This document shows, piece by piece, positions 16,192-25,954 of a DNA stretch of 64,000 nt. How positions within the stretch are numbered: position 1 is the stretch's first letter; each line of letters starts with the position of its first letter. The notes beneath the pieces were generated by a model. The model was not told the DNA's origin. It saw only the letters and a program-made list of their open reading frames with translations, and ran no database searches. The stretch is from a virus (Duplodnaviria > Caudoviricetes): positions 1 to 64,000 of IMG/VR virus record IMGVR_UViG_3300028805_000074. The stretch is one strand, 5' to 3'. The translations under genes and the position numbers were made by a program.

Positions 16192-19100
16192 CCAGAACAA
16201 TCAAATCTTATCCATACTTCATCCCCACCAGAAGCTCCATATCTTGGCCCCATAAAAACAAATATATTTGAGCCAGTGCCGACGCTGAAACTGTCTCGTA
16301 AGGCTGTATCGTAAGCTGACATAATCTTAGCACCGGAAGGGGCATATACAGTACAATCCGTATTGATGGCCTTGAAAAAGATGACATGTCCGTATAGTAC
16401 TTCATTAGACGTCGGAAGTGTGAAAGACGACCCGGTACACAAACAGAAAGACCTCGTATTACCAGTAGACGGCCAACCAACGGAAAACTTCTCTATTTTT
16501 CCGTGACCTGCAACATTTAATAAAGCATAATCGTTAGGAGGAGTTCCCTCCAAAGTAAGCATGTTGTCAGTTGACTTCAAATGACCGTTACTAATCTCAA
16601 AGTTTCCAATTCTTCCGCTTTCTGCAATTATATTTCCCCTGACATACGCATCGTTCTGGTACGTCTTGCCCGTCCTGCCATCGACGGCGAAGTTTGGGAT
16701 GAATCCGCTGTAACTTGTGCCGTTCGTAACGTAGGCGGCAAAGTCTTCAGGGTCGAAATCCGTGTATGACTTGCCGCTCGGCCCTCCGTACTGGCTGATC
16801 ATCCAGTCGCCGTTGATGAAGAACGAACCGAGATAGGCGGTATCGCTGAATACGGCCTTGGCGATGTAGTACTGCATGGTGGACTGCATGAGCGTCCACG
16901 GCTGGCTGCCCTGCCCGCTCACGGGATTGTAGTTCGTGGCGGGGTCTGCGGTTGTCGATCCCGTGCTCCGCCCGTCCGTGCCCCAGTCGAGCATGTAGAA
17001 GCTGTCGCCGCGCTTCACGAAGGGCGCCTGCGTCTCCTGCATGGTGTAGGTATGTCCGTCGGCCCACTCTCCTGCATAGTAGTACCAGCGGCCTACATGT
17101 CCGGGGTCTCCTGTCACGCTGTCGCCGTCTGACACATGGCTGACGCAAGTGCCGATGATATTATTTTCCGTCACCGACGTACACCTCCAGATGGCGGTAT
17201 GTCGCTTGCCGGAGTTGGTGGCGGTTCCTGTCGTCATGAAGAAGTCGCCGACCCTGCATTTGGTGAAGTCGTCGTCGCCGTCACGTTTGCCGTAGCTGTC
17301 CGACTGTCCGATGACGGCCCATGCGTTCCACTGCTCCTCGGAGTAGATGTTCCTGACGAGCACCAGCACCACGCCGTATCCGTCGGTGCCATCGTTTCCT
17401 TTGTCGCCCTTGTCACCCTTGTCGCCTTTATCTCCTTTATCTCCGTCCTTGCCATATTTCGCCCAGAGTTCCATGTCGCCGGTGGGGAACTTGTTCCATG
17501 AGCGCTTGCCCGTCTGTGCGTTCGGCGATGCCTTGGTGCGCTTGGCCACCCACTCGAAGGGGTAGGCTGCGCTCACGCCCTTCGGGTCGTCGGTACAGGT
17601 TTCCGACTCCGCGCCCGCCGCCGACTGATTAGTAATTGCGGGCAGGAACTCGTCCTTGTCGTAGCCGGTCTGCGTAGAGCTGATCTTCGGGGCGACGTCC
17701 TTCGTGGTGCGCATGAAGACATACTCCACGCCGTCGCCGTCCATGCCGTTCGTTCCCCAGTGGCTCCAGAGCACGGGGGCTGAGAAGTTACCCCACGTCT
17801 GGTTCTTGCCCTTGGGCTTCGTGCGGAAGGATGCGTACTCGTACTGGTTGCTGTAGTTGACGCCCTGCGGGTTGTCCGTCCAGCCTGTCGGAACATAGTC
17901 GTCCACCGTGCGGTCCGTCGGGTTCGTCGGTGCAGACGGGGTGGCGCCCGTATTGTTCCTGGTATAGATCCACTCCGTGTCGCTGCCGTCCTCGCCTGCC
18001 GTTCCCGTGTCGCCGCTGATGCGCACGGCGGCGCTCCAGTTGTCGTAAGTGACGGTGCCGTCGGCTGCGGTGTGCTTGATGGTCTGCGTCATCCAGAGGA
18101 AGTAGCCGTCGCCGGGGCGGTTCGGTGCCGACTGCTTCCAGGTGCCGAGCGTCGCACCGCTTGGCAGCGGCGACGGAGCCGTCGTCGCGCTCTGGTTCCA
18201 TTGGTACGCCTGCATCGGCACGTCGCTCTTCTGCGAGTAGTTCGCCCAGAGTTCCATGTCGCCGGTGGGGAACTTGTTCCATGAGCGCTTGCCCGTCTGT
18301 GCGTTCGGAGCGGCCTTCGTCCGCTTGGCCACCCACTCGAAGGGGTAGGCTGCGCTCACGCCCTTCGGGTCGTCGGTACAGGTTGCCGACTCCGCGCCCG
18401 CCGCCGACTGATTAGTAATAGCGGGCAGGAACTCGTCTGCGTCGTAGCCGGTCTGCGTAGAGCTGATCTTCGGGGCGACGTCCTTCGTGGTGCGCATGAA
18501 GACATACTCCACGCCGTCGCCGTCCATGCCGTTCGTTCCCCAGTGGCTCCAGAGCACGGGGGCTGAGAAGTTACCCCACGTCTGGTTCTTGCCCTTGGGC
18601 TTCGTGCGGAAGGATGCGTACTCGTACTGGTTGCTGTAGTTGACGCCCTGCGGGTTGTCCGTCCAGCCTGTCGGAACATAGTCGTCCACCGTCCTGTCGG
18701 TCGGGTTCGTCGGCGCAGACGGGGTAGTGCCATTATTGTTCCTGGTATAGATCCACTCCGTGTCGCTGCCGTCCTCGCCTGCCGTTCCCGTGTCGCCGCT
18801 GATGCGCACGGCGGCGCTCCAGTTGTCGTAGGTCACGGTGCCGTCGGCTGCGGTGTGCTTGATGGTCTGCGTCATCCAGAGGAAGTAGCCGTCGCCGGGG
18901 CGGTTCGGTGCCGACTGCTTCCAGTTGCCGAGCGTCGCACCGCTTGGCAGCGGCGACGGAGCCGTCGTCGCGCTCTGGTTCCATTGGTACGCCTGCATCG
19001 GCACGTCGGCATTCTTGCCGTTCTCGCCGTCGCAGACCACTGGGATGGTCTCGCGGTCGAGCAGGACGCCCGAGGCGTTGAACATGGCGATGTACACGTT

Positions 19101-22100
19101 GTCGGTGGTGCTGGCCACGGTGATGCTGTTGCCCGTGGGCCATGCGGAGCCTGCCGTCGCGCTGCCGGGCATCGAGGAGGTGCTGTAGCGCACGGTGAGC
19201 CCCCATGCCGCGAGGTTGGCCGACGTGGCGGCCTTGGTCTCGGTCGAGTTGTTGTCTATCTTCAGGATGTCGAGCGTCAGCTTGTCGTTGGCCGACGTCA
19301 GGGTGTTGTCGCTCTTGCGCGAGTAGATGACGCTCGACTGCGATGGCTTCAGCTGCCAGACGGCCTGCCCCTTCGATGCGCTGACGGTGAAGGTGGCGGT
19401 GTATGCCGTGCCGTTGTAGGTGTAGGCGATACTGATGTTGTACACGTCGTTCATCGTCTGCCCCGCCTTGAACGCCCAGGAGAGTTTCTTTCCCTTGCCG
19501 CTTGCCGCTGCCGTCTGCGTGGCTACAGCCGATGCGGGGCCGCCGGTGACGGTGAGCGTGGCATTGCTGATGTCCACCTCCTTCGATCCGTCGTACAGAT
19601 GCACCACGGTCTCGACGGTGCGGGCTGCCGTAATCCTGCCCGTCGAGTCGGTCGCCACCATGTCCACCTCGTTGTCGATGTCGAGACGGACGGTGTTCTG
19701 AGCATAGCGGTCGATGATGACGGGCGTGCCCCAGCCGCTCCATGTGCCGTTGCTGTACTTGTTGACGCTCTGGTACATCACCTGTCCCTGCGCCGTGAAG
19801 CCCGGGTTGTCGTCGTACCAGCCGCCGTCAGCGCCGCTCCAGTCGGGTATCACGGGGTTCTTCGCGGTACCTGCATGCCGCTGGTTCAGCACGTCCGCCG
19901 TCGGCTTGTTGGCCGCCGAGTCGTCGGCAGCGCGGTAGTAGGCGAACTCCACGCCGCTGCCGTCCTGACCCCAGTAGGCGAGCATGGTGTAGACGATCTT
20001 GGGATAGGCAATGCCGCCCACGGTGACGGTCTGCTCGGCGCCGTTCTTGTAGTAGCGGGCCGTGTCGCGGCTGTAGAGGTATTTGTTGGTGGCGCTGTAG
20101 TTGGCGGGGGTGCTCTCGCTCCAGCTGGCGTTCGGGATGGTCCCCAACTGCGCCTGCGTCAATTCGGTCGGCGAGGCGTAGTAGTCGCGGTCGTGGATGA
20201 CGGTGATGGTGTTGCCCGTGCCGATGGTGCCGTAGCTGTAGACGTAGGTCTGCTCCGAGTCGCTGAACACGGTGATGCTGACGTAGTGGATGAACTTGCC
20301 CTCCACGGAGGCTGGGCATGTCGTCTTCAGGTAGGGGCTGACGGGCCTGCCACGGTCGGCGTCGGTCGCAGGGTTGTATGCGGGAGGCGTGCTGGCTGTC
20401 GTCGGATCGGTATAATATATAAAGGTGCCAGTGACCTCGGTGCCTTTGGCAAATACCTCGGTGTTCACACCGCCGATGTACCAGTTGCCGTCGTCGCCTA
20501 TGGAGAGGTTGGCGCCGTTTCGCAGGATGGGTACGCCCTCCGACTCATAGTCCAAGCCATCGAGCTTGATGGCGAAGACAATCTCGGAAAGTTCGTCGAA
20601 GAGGTTGTGGCCGGTGCTGCCGACGGGCGTGTTCTCTACGCCGGTGGTGCGGAAGCCTTCGAGCGTGCTGGCCGCGCCGTTGATGAAGAAGGTAAGCTGG
20701 TCGTGGATGGCGCTGGCGGAGGTAATCTCCGTCAGGTTGTCGTTCTGGTCGTAGCACATGAGCTTACACGTCACCTTGCTGCATGCCTCGCCAGCGGCCA
20801 CGTAGCTGTATCGCGCGTTGCTGACGGTGTTGGTCTGCGGGTCCCATGTGCCGCCGATCATCGTACCGGTCACCTGGCGTACCGACGGAGCAAGCACATA
20901 GACGGCCTTGTCGGTGGTGACGTTCAGCGTGAAGGGCACGACGTTCTCATACTCCACGCCGTCTACAACGGTCGTCACGTTGAACTTCAGCAGGTTTGTT
21001 GTCGGTATCTCCTTAGCGGTACCGCCCTCCTGCCACGTCCTGAGTATATTGGCGATGGGGATGGTAATCTCCACCGACATGTGCTGCGAGGCGGTGTACT
21101 CGGCCCGTCCGTCGCCGTCCTCGTCGTAGTCGGCCCACGCCACGCTGTAGCCAGGCGTGCCGCTGAGCCATCCCGGTTTGTTGAGCAGGCGGATGTCGGG
21201 CGTCGTGCCGCCGTTGACGGTCTGGAACCTGACGGGCTGTCCGCCGCTCGACGCCGTCAGCGGGATGACGATGTCTTGGCGGTTGGTCCAGGCGTTCTTC
21301 TTCGTGCTCCAGTTCAGGGCGGCTATCTCGTTGTGGCTCTCTATCGTGATGGTGTCTGTCGGCAGGTGGACGAGCTGCAGGCGGTAGTCCTTGGTGACGG
21401 AGGTCCTGCCCTCGATGTTGAGCGTGATGTGGGCCACAGCCTCGGTCATGGCCCGCATCAGCTGGTAGTCCTCGGGTGTGCGGTTGTAACTGGTATATGG
21501 ATCGGTACTTGCATCGCCGTCGTTGCAGTGCCATATAAAGGTAATGTAGCAGGTAGAGCCCTCCACCTTCAGGTCGCAGCCCGCCCCGACGGCATCGACG
21601 GTGAAGTTGCCGTCGCCCAGCTCCTCCTCGTCGTCGAGCGCTCCGCACAGGTGCAGGTATTCGCCGCCCTTCATGACGGTCACTGAGGTGAAGAAGCGGT
21701 AGGTATAGAACTCGTTGCCCGAGCTGTCCTTGCTGACGGTGCGGTAGCCGCCGACGACGTTGCCCGAAGGGTCGATGACCACTGCGTCCGACGACTTCGT
21801 GAGCTCGACATTATAGGCATCCTCGCCGCCCTGCAGCAGCAGCTTCCACTGCAGGCTGGCGTCGCTGGGAACGTCGGTCGCGCCGTCCACCAGGCACTCC
21901 CACAGCCGTCCGTCGCGCCACACGCGGCTGGTCTCCACCCAGTTCTCCTCCTCCCATCCGCTCGACGGCGTTGTCAGTTCCTCGTAGAGCTCGGCGTCGG
22001 TATAGCCGGCATTGTACTCCGCCAGTCGGTGGGTCAGCCATCGGCAGCGCGTCAGGCTCTGATAGTGATAGGGTTCGTTGATCTCCTGTCCGCTGGTGAA

Positions 22101-22826
22101 GCTCAGCTCCACGGTGCCAGCCCATCCGAGGGCCTGGGCGACGGCGGCAGGCAGCGTTCCGTCGGGTGCCATTGAGCCCGTCTCGCCTGTATAGGTCGCC
22201 ATCGGGGTGGCAGCCCACTCGCCGCGCTCCACGTAGATAATCCTGATGGGTCGCTGCGGCATCTTGTCGGGGTCGAGGTACCAGTCCTTGTTGTACTGGT
22301 CGGTGCCCAGTGTTCCCGTATCGAGGTCGACGGTGCGCTGTCCGCCCGTGTCGGCCAGCGATACGCTGCCGAGCCTGACCCACCAGTAGTCGCTGCGACC
22401 ATCGGCTGCTTGTCGCTCTGGAATGGCACCCCAGAGGTACTTGTTGCCGTCGGCACCCTCGGCCCTCATGGCACTGGTGGCACTGGTGTTCGGCGAGAGG
22501 ATGTAGGGATCCTGCCACTCGCCCGTTGCCTCGTCCTGCGTCTGCGGGGCGAACACCAGGTAGCCGTCGGTCGGGTCGGTCTTCTTCAGACGGGCGTAGA
22601 TGGTATATGGCACGCTGGCATCCGCCAGTCGGCGGTTGCGGCCCTTCAGCGTCCACTGCCTGATGTTGGCGTCGTCGTAGGCCAGGTCGGCTATCGGCTG
22701 GTAGCACACCTTGATCTTCGTGCCCTTGGCTATGTAGACGGCCAGGTCGTTGGCAGAATTGTTGGCATTCGGGGTAATCGCAATAGCTGACGGTGCTATG
22801 TAGTGGATAGGGGATGTACGGGCCAT
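16188..22826 (-). CDS. Large tail fibre / host-specificity protein (2212 aa)
   Basis: Thr/Gly-rich beta repeats, G.DG linkers, collagen-like (GDK)n, carbohydrate-binding-like W/Y modules, G.I.A.SG.IGNF motif before the tip. Confidence 0.85.
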   Translation of the reverse strand: MARTSPIHYIAPSAIAITPNANNSANDLAVYIAKGTKIKVCYQPIADLAYDDANIRQWTLKGRNRRLADASVPYTIYARLKKTDPTDGYLVFAPQTQDEATGEWQDPYILSPNTSATSAMRAEGADGNKYLWGAIPERQAADGRSDYWWVRLGSVSLADTGGQRTVDLDTGTLGTDQYNKDWYLDPDKMPQRPIRIIYVERGEWAATPMATYTGETGSMAPDGTLPAAVAQALGWAGTVELSFTSGQEINEPYHYQSLTRCRWLTHRLAEYNAGYTDAELYEELTTPSSGWEEENWVETSRVWRDGRLWECLVDGATDVPSDASLQWKLLLQGGEDAYNVELTKSSDAVVIDPSGNVVGGYRTVSKDSSGNEFYTYRFFTSVTVMKGGEYLHLCGALDDEEELGDGNFTVDAVGAGCDLKVEGSTCYITFIWHCNDGDASTDPYTSYNRTPEDYQLMRAMTEAVAHITLNIEGRTSVTKDYRLQLVHLPTDTITIESHNEIAALNWSTKKNAWTNRQDIVIPLTASSGGQPVRFQTVNGGTTPDIRLLNKPGWLSGTPGYSVAWADYDEDGDGRAEYTASQHMSVEITIPIANILRTWQEGGTAKEIPTTNLLKFNVTTVVDGVEYENVVPFTLNVTTDKAVYVLAPSVRQVTGTMIGGTWDPQTNTVSNARYSYVAAGEACSKVTCKLMCYDQNDNLTEITSASAIHDQLTFFINGAASTLEGFRTTGVENTPVGSTGHNLFDELSEIVFAIKLDGLDYESEGVPILRNGANLSIGDDGNWYIGGVNTEVFAKGTEVTGTFIYYTDPTTASTPPAYNPATDADRGRPVSPYLKTTCPASVEGKFIHYVSITVFSDSEQTYVYSYGTIGTGNTITVIHDRDYYASPTELTQAQLGTIPNASWSESTPANYSATNKYLYSRDTARYYKNGAEQTVTVGGIAYPKIVYTMLAYWGQDGSGVEFAYYRAADDSAANKPTADVLNQRHAGTAKNPVIPDWSGADGGWYDDNPGFTAQGQVMYQSVNKYSNGTWSGWGTPVIIDRYAQNTVRLDIDNEVDMVATDSTGRITAARTVETVVHLYDGSKEVDISNATLTVTGGPASAVATQTAAASGKGKKLSWAFKAGQTMNDVYNISIAYTYNGTAYTATFTVSASKGQAVWQLKPSQSSVIYSRKSDNTLTSANDKLTLDILKIDNNSTETKAATSANLAAWGLTVRYSTSSMPGSATAGSAWPTGNSITVASTTDNVYIAMFNASGVLLDRETIPVVCDGENGKNADVPMQAYQWNQSATTAPSPLPSGATLGNWKQSAPNRPGDGYFLWMTQTIKHTAADGTVTYDNWSAAVRISGDTGTAGEDGSDTEWIYTRNNNGTTPSAPTNPTDRTVDDYVPTGWTDNPQGVNYSNQYEYASFRTKPKGKNQTWGNFSAPVLWSHWGTNGMDGDGVEYVFMRTTKDVAPKISSTQTGYDADEFLPAITNQSAAGAESATCTDDPKGVSAAYPFEWVAKRTKAAPNAQTGKRSWNKFPTGDMELWANYSQKSDVPMQAYQWNQSATTAPSPLPSGATLGTWKQSAPNRPGDGYFLWMTQTIKHTAADGTVTYDNWSAAVRISGDTGTAGEDGSDTEWIYTRNNTGATPSAPTNPTDRTVDDYVPTGWTDNPQGVNYSNQYEYASFRTKPKGKNQTWGNFSAPVLWSHWGTNGMDGDGVEYVFMRTTKDVAPKISSTQTGYDKDEFLPAITNQSAAGAESETCTDDPKGVSAAYPFEWVAKRTKASPNAQTGKRSWNKFPTGDMELWAKYGKDGDKGDKGDKGDKGDKGNDGTDGYGVVLVLVRNIYSEEQWNAWAVIGQSDSYGKRDGDDDFTKCRVGDFFMTTGTATNSGKRHTAIWRCTSVTENNIIGTCVSHVSDGDSVTGDPGHVGRWYYYAGEWADGHTYTMQETQAPFVKRGDSFYMLDWGTDGRSTGSTTADPATNYNPVSGQGSQPWTLMQSTMQYYIAKAVFSDTAYLGSFFINGDWMISQYGGPSGKSYTDFDPEDFAAYVTNGTSYSGFIPNFAVDGRTGKTYQNDAYVRGNIIAESGRIGNFEISNGHLKSTDNMLTLEGTPPNDYALLNVAGHGKIEKFSVGWPSTGNTRSFCLCTGSSFTLPTSNEVLYGHVIFFKAINTDCTVYAPSGAKIMSAYDTALRDSFSVGTGSNIFVFMGPRYGASGGDEVWIRFDCSG
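17458..19008. repeat. Near-identical tandem duplication, 783-bp period (261 codons)
   Basis: 17458-18225 matches 18241-19008 with only scattered substitutions. Confidence 0.95.
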
Positions 22827-22839
22827 ATATCTTTTTTGT

Positions 22840-22877
22840 CTGCAATATACTCGGCCATGGCGAGAAAATCAAGGGCA
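22840..22877 (-). promoter_or_regulatory. Putative phage late promoter, copy 4
   Basis: TGCCCTTGATT-N16-GTATATTGCAG upstream of the tail-fibre ATG 22826. Confidence 0.75.
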
Positions 22878-22885
22878 TGGCACGT

Positions 22886-22923
22886 TGCCCTTGATTCCGT
22901 CGCCGCCACTTTGTATATTGCAG
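22886..22923 (+). promoter_or_regulatory. Putative phage late promoter, copy 5 (divergent from copy 4)
   Basis: TGCCCTTGATT-N16-GTATATTGCAG upstream of ATG 22946. Confidence 0.75.
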
Positions 22924-22945
22924 GCAAAAACAGAATCGTAGAAAG

Positions 22946-23320
22946 ATGAATCAAGTAATGACAGACATTTGGCCCTACCTGTTCGGATCCATGCTTGCCG
23001 TTATCGGGTGGCTGTTCCGGCAGGTGTTCACCCTGAAGAGCGACCTCGACACGACGAAGAAGGAGCTGGACAGCCTGAAGGACAAGATGCAAAACAGCAT
23101 CGAGAATATCGAGAAGACCATCGAAAACATCCAGAAGCGACAAGACTCGCACTCGAAGAAGCAGGACGAGTTTTTGGAGAAGATGTCGTCGATGGAGAAG
23201 GAGGTACTGAAGTCGATGGGGTCGGTGAGGTCTGAGATTTCAGCCCTGTCATCAGACCTGAAGGGACTGAGCAATCTGATACTGGTCAGCGACCCTGGCA
23301 TTAAGATTAACAGACAATAG
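22946..23320 (+). CDS. Membrane-anchored coiled-coil protein (holin/lysis-accessory-like)
   Basis: One N-terminal TM helix, then heptads. Confidence 0.6.
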   Translation: MNQVMTDIWPYLFGSMLAVIGWLFRQVFTLKSDLDTTKKELDSLKDKMQNSIENIEKTIENIQKRQDSHSKKQDEFLEKMSSMEKEVLKSMGSVRSEISALSSDLKGLSNLILVSDPGIKINRQ

Positions 23321-23326
23321 CGCACT

Positions 23327-23713
23327 ATGGGAGAGATGATCAAGCAGACGGGCTCGGAGCTGAAGGGACGGTGGATGGGGCGCATGCCGCGCTTCTTCCG
23401 GCAGCTGGTGAAGCTGTGCGCCTGCGTGATGGTGACGGCCTTCGGCATCAACGAGATCATGATCATCGGCAAGGCCACGCCCCACGAGTGGTGGAACGAC
23501 GTGTACCCGTTGCTGCTGGCTGTTCCGTTCGGCATGATCTGCGTGTGCAAGCTGACCGTGGCTGGAGGGTATAAGGAGATAGACCCCGACAAGGTGATGC
23601 AGGGCGACATGCTGATAGGCCGCGACGCGCAGCAGCCCAACATGAGCGACGTGGAGACGCAGCAGCCCGGCGGCATGGAGCCGCCGTACCGCGACATAGC
23701 CGACAGCCACTGA
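23327..23713 (+). CDS. Two-TM holin-like protein
   Basis: RW....P.FF before TM1, KLTV after TM2, charged tail. Confidence 0.55.
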   Translation: MGEMIKQTGSELKGRWMGRMPRFFRQLVKLCACVMVTAFGINEIMIIGKATPHEWWNDVYPLLLAVPFGMICVCKLTVAGGYKEIDPDKVMQGDMLIGRDAQQPNMSDVETQQPGGMEPPYRDIADSH

Positions 23714-23900
23714 ACCACACAAAACGTTTATATATAGGGAGTCGTGAGACTCGTGCTTTCTTTTTTAACAAAGTAAAGTAATGAATAGTTGATTGATTTT
23801 TTCTCAGGCCGGAGCGCCGACCTTCTTTGAACAACAAGGTAGTTTTTTGATTTGTTTTAGTAGTAATATTTAAGGTTTTAGGTTTTTAGTTATTGGTAAG

Positions 23901-23935
23901 AAAAGGCCGCCGTCCGGGATGGATAGCGGCCTTTC
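23901..23935. terminator. Intrinsic terminator between convergent units
   Basis: aaaggccgc...gcggccttt stem with inner tcc-gggat-gga. Confidence 0.65.
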
Positions 23936-24074
23936 TGCTTTGTAACAATGTAACGCAGAAATTCCAAGAGCCGGACGGACTTACACATTAATATAATATA
24001 CGCGCACGCGAGGACTGCATCCTGCCGGAGGTGACAGGATGCTGCCCTCGATGCTTTTACAGCCTCGCGGCCGA

Positions 24075-24599
24075 TCAGACATACGGCTGGCCGCGCTCGG
24101 GATCAACAGGTGCCGACGGGGAAGTACCAGTCAAGAGCCCCTTTTCCACCGCCAACTGGGTGCGGAGGTCGAACAGTTGCTGCTGCAGGTTCGCAATCAG
24201 AGCATCCTTGGCGGCCAGTTCGCGCTTCTGGGCGGCGATGGTCTCGTCCTTCGAGGCAAGGAGGGCGGCTGTCAGGGTGTCGACGGCGGTCGCCGATGAA
24301 GTGGGGGAGGGCGCCCCGTGCATAGCCATGCCGACTTGTGCAGACTCCTGCCTTTTGGCGTCGGCCGTCAGCATCACGTCGCTTGCACCTCGCAGCCAGG
24401 CGGGGTTGAACACATTTCCGAAGGCGGCATTCACCGCCCGCAGCGTTTCCAATTTCACACTTTTCACCCGGTCGTTGGCGATACGTGAGACGGTTGTCTC
24501 GTTCAGCCCTGCCTGCCGGGCTACGTCGGCCTGGTTCTTTGCCTCGGTGTTGGCATAGAGCCAGTCGAGCATCTGCTTGAAAATCTCAATTGTTGTCAT
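24075..24599 (-). CDS. CI-like repressor (XRE HTH)
   Basis: NQADVARQAGLNETTVSRI HTH, FNPAWLRG, C-terminal coiled coil; divergent from the early operon. Confidence 0.85.
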   Translation of the reverse strand: MTTIEIFKQMLDWLYANTEAKNQADVARQAGLNETTVSRIANDRVKSVKLETLRAVNAAFGNVFNPAWLRGASDVMLTADAKRQESAQVGMAMHGAPSPTSSATAVDTLTAALLASKDETIAAQKRELAAKDALIANLQQQLFDLRTQLAVEKGLLTGTSPSAPVDPERGQPYV

Positions 24600-24673
24600 A
24601 CTGTACTCTGCGTTGATATACTAATTAAAGTTAATTATCTGCATGGGTCTGCACGACTTTGAGATTTCTTTCT

Positions 24674-24681
24674 TACCTTTG
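24674..24681 (+). promoter_or_regulatory. Rightward (early/lytic) -7 box
   Basis: TACCTTTG(CA). Confidence 0.6.
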
Positions 24682-24792
24682 CATCCGAGAGTTAGTTAAT
24701 TAACTCCTATCGGGAATAAGAAGAGCCTGTAGACGCCTTGAAGCGTCCTTTCCGATGAAAGACGTGCGTCGCCTGATGTATTGTAGCAGATG

Positions 24793-24800
24793 CAAAGGTA
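24793..24800 (-). promoter_or_regulatory. Leftward (repressor) -7 box
   Basis: TACCTTTG(CA) on the minus strand, facing the rightward promoter. Confidence 0.6.
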
Positions 24801-24860
24801 AGGCTTTTCTCCCGTTTTAGTGGTATTTGTGTCGATAAATTAAGAGATTTTTAGAAACCT

Positions 24861-25055
24861 ATGCAGGAAACTGTGAGCAAAGATGAGTTAAGGGATATGC
24901 GCGTCAGGCAGTCGCGTATATTCACCCTGGCCGACAAGAAGAAGATCAAGTCGGTTAAGGTGCAGGCCCACGACCTCAAGAAGGAGGAGGACAAGGAGTA
25001 TGAGGTGCGGACGGACTACGACGCATCGGCCATTTGTGTGACCCGTGTAAAGTGA
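24861..25055 (+). CDS. Small basic protein in the Cro position
   Basis: 64 aa; first gene divergent from the repressor. Confidence 0.6.
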   Translation: MQETVSKDELRDMRVRQSRIFTLADKKKIKSVKVQAHDLKKEEDKEYEVRTDYDASAICVTRVK

Positions 25056-25065
25056 CCGGCGGCCT

Positions 25066-25596
25066 ATGAAGCGTTACATTAAGAACCTGGTGTTGGCCAT
25101 CTGTGGCCGCAATCCGTTTGCCGAGGAGGTGGAGGACTTGAAGGATAAGCTGGAGAAGGCCGGCGAGAATGTGCGCGGGCTGCAAGACCAGTTGTATGCG
25201 GCGCTGGAGAAGTGGAACGAGGCGCAGCAGCTGCTCTTCGAGAGCGGACGGATGGTGGGCGAGCGCGACAAGTGGCTGGCGGAGAAGGGCAGGCAGATGG
25301 ACAGTCAGCAGCAGTTGGTGGAGAACCTGCGGGAGCGCATCCGTGACAAGGATGCCGAGCTGGAGGAGCAGGGTAGGGCGTTCCGCCAGAGCATGGAGCA
25401 GACGCGCCAGGACTGCGACAAGCGCATAGCGACGTATGCCCAGAAGATTGAGAGGCTGCAGAAGCGGCAGGAAAACGCCAAGAGAGAAATTGAGGGAATG
25501 CTGTCTGAGGCCGAGCATCAGCCCATGGCTACCACAGAGCGTAAAAGAGCATTCATGGATTTGCTTAATTCCATTCTGAAATGTCTGAATGATTAA
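25066..25596 (+). CDS. Coiled-coil hypothetical protein
   Basis: E/Q/R/K-rich heptads. Confidence 0.7.
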   Translation: MKRYIKNLVLAICGRNPFAEEVEDLKDKLEKAGENVRGLQDQLYAALEKWNEAQQLLFESGRMVGERDKWLAEKGRQMDSQQQLVENLRERIRDKDAELEEQGRAFRQSMEQTRQDCDKRIATYAQKIERLQKRQENAKREIEGMLSEAEHQPMATTERKRAFMDLLNSILKCLND

Positions 25597-25624
25597 GCGG
25601 TGAAACAATAAAAGCTACACGATT

Positions 25625-25954
25625 ATGAGAACGACAAAACTACCCCCCCCGACGAGGTTTGCAGGCAAGGCTACGGGCAAGCGAGGACAAGACCCGGGAA
25701 TGCAGAAGCAGGCTCGACGGTTCAGCGGCCGCTCGACCTCTGGTCGCTTGCTACCAACGGGACGCAAGAACGGACTCAGCCGCACGGCGATGCTGTTCAA
25801 GATTGCGACGGTGGCCGGACACAAACTGACCGTGCCGGAGATGAACAAGTTCAAGAACGTGAATCCCAGAAGCCTGGAACGGGTGTACGACGAAGTGCTG
25901 CGCATAGGCGACGCCGGAAACGCGATGTTCGCCCTGCGGCTGCTGCTGGGATGA
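25625..25954 (+). CDS. Basic hypothetical protein
   Basis: ATG after the AAAGCTAC leader. Confidence 0.6.
   Translation: MRTTKLPPPTRFAGKATGKRGQDPGMQKQARRFSGRSTSGRLLPTGRKNGLSRTAMLFKIATVAGHKLTVPEMNKFKNVNPRSLERVYDEVLRIGDAGNAMFALRLLLG

Noticed and set aside
16188-16700. Second DGR variable region at the tip of the giant fibre
   Set aside because: No similarity to the TR seen here or elsewhere in the window by eye
18855-21686. 943-aa plus-strand ORF
   Set aside because: Antisense shadow of the GC3-rich tail-fibre gene; V/A/G/R-rich with no motifs
23714-23900. T-rich intergenic tract as an ncRNA or att site
   Set aside because: No convincing structure or repeat partner found apart from the terminator at 23901-23935
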